DNA from: an uncultured Actinomycetota bacterium
GTDB taxonomy: Bacteria > Actinomycetota > Actinomycetes > Mycobacteriales > Nakamurellaceae
Assembly: GCA_963784315.1 (NCBI GenBank)
Contig: CAWAQR010000001.1
Span: 1 to 24,000, forward strand
DNA: 24,000 nt
Reading direction: 5' to 3'
In this document: positions 20,028 to 24,000 of the stretch, piece by piece
Layout of the letters: each line of letters begins with the position of its first letter
Numbering within the stretch: the first letter of the stretch is position 1
Position numbers and translations under genes: made by a program
The notes under the pieces: generated by a model
What the model was told of the DNA's origin: nothing
The model's database searches: none
What the model saw: only the letters and a program-made list of their open reading frames with translations

Positions 20028-20066
20028 CCGCGAGACCAGCCCGCGAGATCAGCACGCGAGCTCAGC
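20028..20066. repeat. Three tandem 13-bp units (CCGCGAGACCAGC / CCGCGAGATCAGC / ACGCGAGCTCAGC)
   Basis: Read directly from the sequence. The last unit overlaps the stop codon (20062-20064) of the minus-strand Zn-ribbon gene. Confidence 0.85.
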
Positions 20067-20391
20067 GCAGCCGCTCGGCGTCCCGCGCTGCCGCCATCAT
20101 GCTGTCCACCAGGCCGGCGAGCTCGGCCCGGGCCACCCGCTCGGCCACCGCTGTCGCGACGTCCTCAGCGGCACAGCGCATCTGGTACAGCCGGTCGGCG
20201 AGATCAGCGGCCTCGGCGGCGGTGAGCACCACTGCGTCCGCAGGTAGGTCACCGCGATTGTGGGCGTGCCGGTTCTCGTAGGCGCGCTGTCGGCACGCGT
20301 GGGCGCAGTAGCGCCGCCGGCGGCCCATACCCTCCTGAAGCGGGAGTTCGCGCCCACACCATTCACATCGGGCCGGGGCGGAGCGTCGCAT
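20062..20391 (-). CDS. Small zinc-ribbon protein (CxxC ... YCxxxCRQRAY)
   Basis: MRRSAPARCEWCGRELPLQEGMGRRRRYCAHACRQRAYENRHAHNRG is followed by an Ala-rich helical tail. The start is chosen at the internal ATG at 20391. Confidence 0.6.
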   Translation of the reverse strand: MRRSAPARCEWCGRELPLQEGMGRRRRYCAHACRQRAYENRHAHNRGDLPADAVVLTAAEAADLADRLYQMRCAAEDVATAVAERVARAELAGLVDSMMAAARDAERLR

Positions 20392-20465
20392 GAACGTCAA
20401 CGCTAGGGGCGAGGAGCTCGCACCGGCGGCACCGACACACACCCGGCCACGGCAGACTGACCGGC

Positions 20466-21233
20466 ATGAGCGGATTCCTGGCCGGCCCCCACCCCCGGGC
20501 CTTCGCGCACCGCGGCTGGCACGCCGACGAACTCGCCGGCCGGGAGAACACGTCCGCAGCCTTCGCCAGGGCGGTCGATGAGGGGTACCGCTACCTGGAG
20601 ACGGATGTGCACTGCACCGCCGACGGGGTGCTCGTCGCGTTCCACGACACCCGGCTCGACCGGGTCACCGACCGCCGGGGCCAGATCGGCATGCTGACCT
20701 GGGACGAGGTCCGCGCCGCGCGGATCGCCGGGTCGGAGACCATCCCGTCGATGGCCGACCTGCTGGCCGACTTCCCGGACGCGCATTTCAACATCGACGC
20801 GAAGTCCGATGCCGCCGTCGGACCCCTCATCGATCTGCTGATCAGCGCCGATGCGCTGGACCGGGTATGCCTCGCCTCCTTCTCCGACCGTCGGCTGCAC
20901 GCCCTCCGCTCGCGCCTCGGCCCCGGCGCCGCTCTGTCGCTGGGTCCACGTCAGGTGATGCGGCTGGTGGCCCGTTCGCGATTCGTCCCGGTGCCGTTGC
21001 ACTTCCCCGGCGCGGTGGCCGCCCAGGTGCCGGTGCGGGCCGGTGCGGTCGAAGTCATCACGCCGGCGTTCATCCGGACCGCGCACCGCATCGGCCTGGA
21101 GGTGCACGCCTGGACCGTCGACGACGCCACCCAGATGGAACGGCTGCTCGACCTCGGCGTGGACGGCATCATCACCGACCGACCGGATGTGCTGCGGACG
21201 GTGCTGCAGCGCCGCGGTAGCTGGTCCGGCTGA
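20466..21233 (+). CDS. Glycerophosphodiester phosphodiesterase family protein
   Basis: FAHRGW...ENTSAAFARAVDEGYRYLETDVHCTADGVLVAFHDTRLDRVT...EVHAWTVDD...GVDGIITDRPD. Confidence 0.85.
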   Translation: MSGFLAGPHPRAFAHRGWHADELAGRENTSAAFARAVDEGYRYLETDVHCTADGVLVAFHDTRLDRVTDRRGQIGMLTWDEVRAARIAGSETIPSMADLLADFPDAHFNIDAKSDAAVGPLIDLLISADALDRVCLASFSDRRLHALRSRLGPGAALSLGPRQVMRLVARSRFVPVPLHFPGAVAAQVPVRAGAVEVITPAFIRTAHRIGLEVHAWTVDDATQMERLLDLGVDGIITDRPDVLRTVLQRRGSWSG

Positions 21234-21359
21234 ACCCGTCCGGAGCTCTCTGGCTGGCCCCGAGCAGCGCCGACCTGACCCCGACGACCGAATCTGCGAC
21301 CGCCGTCGCCACTGCAGCGCACCCACGGGCAGCGCCGGCAACGAGCTGATCCGGTCGGG

Positions 21360-22739
21360 TCACGCACAACAGCTCATCGGCTTGTCGCTGCGGAACAGGC
21401 CGGCGCAGATCCGCAGTGCCTCGCTCATCGTCAGGTACGGCGCCCAGGTATCGGCGAGGTCGTCGACGGTGAGGCCGAACTTGATCGCGTAGGTCGCGGC
21501 GAGCATCACGTCGCCGGCCCCGTCGAGCGCGGCGTGAACGCCGAGCACCTTGCGGGTGCCGGCGTCGATGACGAGCTTGAGGACGCCCCTGGTGTCGCGG
21601 TTGACGAGCGCCCTGGGGAGGTCCCCGGCGTCCAGGACCCGGCAGTCGCAGTCGTGCCCCGCGGCGAGCGCCTGCTTCTCGGTCAGCCCGGCGGACGCCA
21701 GTTGCGGGGTGGTGAACGTGACCGCCGGCAGGCCGCGGTAGTCGACGACTGTGGGCGCGCCCAGGGCTCCGGCACCCGCGGTGTGACCGGTTTGCGCCGC
21801 GACGTACACGTATTGCGGTGCACCTGAGACGTCCCCGGCGGCGAACACCCGAGGGTTGCTGCTGCGTTGCTGCGCATCGACGGTGATACAGCCGCGGGCG
21901 TCGGTTCTAACTCCGGCCGCGTCCAGTCCCAGGCCATCGGTGTTCGCGTACCGACCGGTCGCGATCAGCAACCGCTGGCCCGTGACCTCGGTTCCCTGTT
22001 CGGTCCGGACCGACACGGCGCCGCCGGCGATGGACCCGATCCGGACTGCCCGGTCCTCCACCATGGCGATGCCGTCCTCGGTGAAAACTGCCTTGAGCAC
22101 GTCAGCGACCTCGGGCTCGGCGTGCGGGGCAAAACGGCCCAGCAGGGTGACCCGCACGCCCAGGTGGGCCCAGAGCTGGGCCTGCTCGAGCCCGACATCG
22201 CCGGCGCCGATGATCACCATCGAGTCGGGCAGGCTCTGCTGCTCCATCGCGGTCGTGCTGGTCAGCACGTCCACCGAGCTGATCCCAGGCAGGTCCGGGA
22301 CATGCGCCGACGAGCCCGTCGCGATCACGTATGCGCCGGCGCTGACCCGCTCGCCGTCGACTTCCAGCGTCTCCTCGTCCACGAAGCGGGCATGGCCGTG
22401 CCGGACCGGGAAGCCGTGCGCGTCGGCCACATCGGCGTACTTCGCCTGCCGCAGCCTTCCGATCAGTTCCTGCTTCTGCGCCATGAGCGTCGGCAGGTCC
22501 ACGAACCCCGCGCCGGTGGGGACGCTGGGAAACGGGTTGACCTGCGCCCGGTGCCGGCGTCCGGCCGCCGCGAGCAGGTTCTTGCTCGGCACACACCCCA
22601 CGTTCAGGCAGGTCCCGCCCAGTACCCCGTGCTCGACCAGCAGGACGGACTTGCCGCGCGACCTGGCTTCGACCCCGGCAGCCATCGCTGCACCTCCGCT
22701 GCCGACCACGACCAGATCCCACACGTTCACGTTGTCCAT
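21360..22739 (-). CDS. merA: Mercuric reductase core enzyme (no N-terminal HMA domain)
   Basis: It has the FAD motif DLVVVGSGGAAMAAG, the redox disulfide GGTCLNVGCVPSK, and the C-terminal PYLTMSEALRICAGLF...MSCCA* with the vicinal Cys pair typical of MerA. The start is taken at the ATG at 22739, because the longer ORF would overlap the promoter. Confidence 0.8.
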   Translation of the reverse strand: MDNVNVWDLVVVGSGGAAMAAGVEARSRGKSVLLVEHGVLGGTCLNVGCVPSKNLLAAAGRRHRAQVNPFPSVPTGAGFVDLPTLMAQKQELIGRLRQAKYADVADAHGFPVRHGHARFVDEETLEVDGERVSAGAYVIATGSSAHVPDLPGISSVDVLTSTTAMEQQSLPDSMVIIGAGDVGLEQAQLWAHLGVRVTLLGRFAPHAEPEVADVLKAVFTEDGIAMVEDRAVRIGSIAGGAVSVRTEQGTEVTGQRLLIATGRYANTDGLGLDAAGVRTDARGCITVDAQQRSSNPRVFAAGDVSGAPQYVYVAAQTGHTAGAGALGAPTVVDYRGLPAVTFTTPQLASAGLTEKQALAAGHDCDCRVLDAGDLPRALVNRDTRGVLKLVIDAGTRKVLGVHAALDGAGDVMLAATYAIKFGLTVDDLADTWAPYLTMSEALRICAGLFRSDKPMSCCA

Positions 22740-22745
22740 CGGCGG

Positions 22746-22777
22746 ACCATAGACGTTCCAGTGCACAGCAAGGTCAA
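22746..22777 (-). promoter_or_regulatory. MerR-type promoter for merA: TTGACC, 20-nt spacer, TATGGT, with an imperfect dyad in the spacer
   Basis: On the minus strand the -35 TTGACC is at 22777-22772 and the -10 TATGGT at 22751-22746. The dyad ACCTTGCTGTG/CACTGGAACGT (22774-22753) pairs at 8 of 11 positions. The merA ATG lies only 7 nt after the -10. Confidence 0.5.
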
Positions 22778-22794
22778 GCCGGTAGCGTGGACAG

Positions 22795-23193
22795 ATGCGA
22801 ATCGGTGAGCTGGCCGGCCGCGCCGGCCTGACGACGAAGGCCCTACGGTTCTACGAGCAGGCCGGGGTGCTGCCGGGGCCCGACCGGACATCGTCGGGAT
22901 ACCGGGACTACGACGACACCGCGCTCACCCGGCTCCGGTTCGTCCGGGCAGCCCAAGGAGCTGGCCTCACCCTTGCCGAGATCCGCGCCGTCATCGAGGT
23001 CCGCGACGACGAAGGCCCGCCGTGCGCCCATGTCACTGCGCTGCTCGATCAGCATGCGGCCGCTCTCGACCGGCGCATCGCCGAATTGGAGGCCACTCGC
23101 ACCGAGGTCCGCCGGCTCCGGAAACGTGCCGATGCCCTCGACTCCGCTACCTGTCGCGGAGAGGGCGTCTGCCACGTCATTGCGATCGGGTGA
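22795..23193 (+). CDS. merR: MerR-family metal-responsive transcriptional regulator
   Basis: MRIGELAGRAGLTTKALRFYEQAGVLPGPDRTSSGYRDYDD is the MerR HTH. This is followed by a coiled-coil region and three Cys residues (C77, C120, C126). The gene is divergent from merA. Confidence 0.75.
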   Translation: MRIGELAGRAGLTTKALRFYEQAGVLPGPDRTSSGYRDYDDTALTRLRFVRAAQGAGLTLAEIRAVIEVRDDEGPPCAHVTALLDQHAAALDRRIAELEATRTEVRRLRKRADALDSATCRGEGVCHVIAIG

Positions 23194-23198
23194 GGCGA

Positions 23199-23357
23199 TC
23201 ACCGGCGGGAAGCACGCCGCCACGCCCACAGCGCGCACATCCGGCAGATGAAAACCCCCGGCGTCGAACACAGCTCCGCCAACCGACTGCGCTCACGACC
23301 GCAGCAGCTACAGCTACGCACAGGTCGTGGGTCATCCCCGTCGCGTCCGACATGCAT
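23199..23357 (-). CDS. Possible 52-aa protein with a ClpX-type zinc-finger-like motif
   Basis: The RBS GAGGAGGA is 3 nt upstream of the ATG at 23357. The sequence reads MHVGRDGDDPRPVRSCSCCGRERSRLAELCSTPGVFICRMCALW (C.xCG...PGVFIC..C). GC3 is only about 74 percent by my count, and an overlapping alternative frame exists. Confidence 0.35.
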   Translation of the reverse strand: MHVGRDGDDPRPVRSCSCCGRERSRLAELCSTPGVFICRMCALWAWRRASRR

Positions 23358-23644
23358 GGTTCCTCCTCGAAAAGACCACCACCGGACCGGGCGGCAGGTG
23401 CACCCCGGCATCCCTGAGGTTGGACCACCTCAGCCAACACCCATCGGACCCGACACGTGGACGCACGCCCATCAGATCGTGAAACTGCGGAGAACAGCAG
23501 CGGGTTAGGGTTTCCGGCGTGTCCGCGCCGCAGTCCCCCGCCGCCCAGCACCGCCCCGAACCGCACCGCGCCGACGACCACTCCGGAGCGCTGTCCGAGG
23601 TCCCTGCCGCTGGGTCCCGCCGCGGTCTGCCGCTGCGTGGTGTC

Positions 23645-24000
23645 GTGAAGTACTTCCACGGCCCGATGGACTGCGGCAAATCCACCCTCGCCCTGCAGAT
23701 GGACCACAACTTCACCCGGCAGGGCCGCCACGGGCTGCTGCTCACCAAGCTGGACCGGACCCGACCGGGCGTCATCTCCTCCCGGATGGGCCTGGTGCGC
23801 AGTGCGTTCGAGGTCGCCGACGACTCCGACCTCGCCGTGATGATCCGCCACCGCTGGTCCATGGGCCAGCGGGTGGACTACGTCATCGTCGACGAAGCGC
23901 AATTCCTCACGCCCGATCAGGTCGACCAGTTGTGCCAGATGGCCGATGAGTCTCAAGTGGACGTTTATGGTTTCGGGATCGCCACGGATTTCCGTGGGCG
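23645..24000 (+). CDS. tdk: Thymidine kinase, 5' part (runs off the window)
   Basis: From the GTG at 23645: VKYFHGPMDCGKSTLALQMDHNFTRQGRHGLLLTKLDRT...VISSRMGL...VDYVIVDEAQFLTPDQVDQLCQMADESQVDVYGFGIATDFRG. This includes a P-loop and the DEAQFL / TDFRG motifs. Confidence 0.85.
   Translation, partial: MKYFHGPMDCGKSTLALQMDHNFTRQGRHGLLLTKLDRTRPGVISSRMGLVRSAFEVADDSDLAVMIRHRWSMGQRVDYVIVDEAQFLTPDQVDQLCQMADESQVDVYGFGIATDFRG

Noticed and set aside
19694-20281. ORFs of 60-144 aa in the gap between the lipoprotein gene and the Zn-ribbon gene
   Set aside because: They are low-complexity (Pro/Arg/Ser-rich) or antisense to the Zn-ribbon gene, and have no motif support.
20403-21341. 312-aa minus-strand ORF opposite the GDPD gene
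   Set aside because: It is a shadow ORF. The + frame has the GDPD motifs.
21856-22808. Two plus-strand ORFs (298 and 313 aa) opposite merA
   Set aside because: They are shadow ORFs. The minus frame is a clear flavoprotein disulfide reductase.
23177-23956. 259-aa minus-strand ORF
   Set aside because: Most of it is antisense to the thymidine kinase reading frame, which has P-loop and TDFRG motifs. Only its last approximately 58 codons, in the intergenic part, are discussed, as an alternative to the mini-ORF.

Overview
This is high-GC, actinobacterial-type DNA, and the window splits into two parts.

**Positions 1 to about 15.3 kb: a mosaic of mobile and defence DNA.**
- A type I restriction-modification remnant: a DUF1016/YhcG gene translationally coupled to hsdR, both riddled with frame changes.
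- A frameshifted IS1634-type insertion sequence bracketed by an 11-bp direct repeat.
- A plasmid/ICE-type module: a small HTH regulator, an array of four GGCA-N2-TGCC dyads, DUF932, DUF4192, an unknown ORF and a truncated ParB-N gene. Strong GC hairpins follow hsdR, DUF932, DUF4192 and the unknown ORF.
- An IS pile-up: intact IS110, intact IS3, and only the 3' half of an IS256.
- A translationally coupled tyrosine-recombinase operon (int, HTH, Cys-rich zinc-ribbon fragment), followed by a 680-bp repeat-rich non-coding stretch.

**Positions about 15.7 kb to the end: ordinary chromosome with uninterrupted genes.**
- A septum-formation-family membrane protein, a tandem DUF427 protein, an HSL-type alpha/beta hydrolase, a lipoprotein, a small Zn-ribbon protein and a GDPD phosphodiesterase.
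- A minimal divergent merR/merA pair, a possible ClpX-type zinc-finger mini-ORF, and the 5' part of tdk.

I saw no CRISPR array, tRNA or rRNA, and no convincing brand-new multi-gene system.

**Points most worth a second look:**
1. Frame changes are confined to the unique island DNA, while the IS110/IS3 copies and the chromosome are clean. This is either real indel-biased decay or a locally poor consensus.
2. The operator-like dyad array between the HTH gene and DUF932.
3. The IS110 left end as a candidate bridge-RNA locus.
4. The recombinase / HTH / six-CxxC operon cut by the IS pile-up.

All calls rest on reading the sequence and the ORF track by eye. No database search was run.
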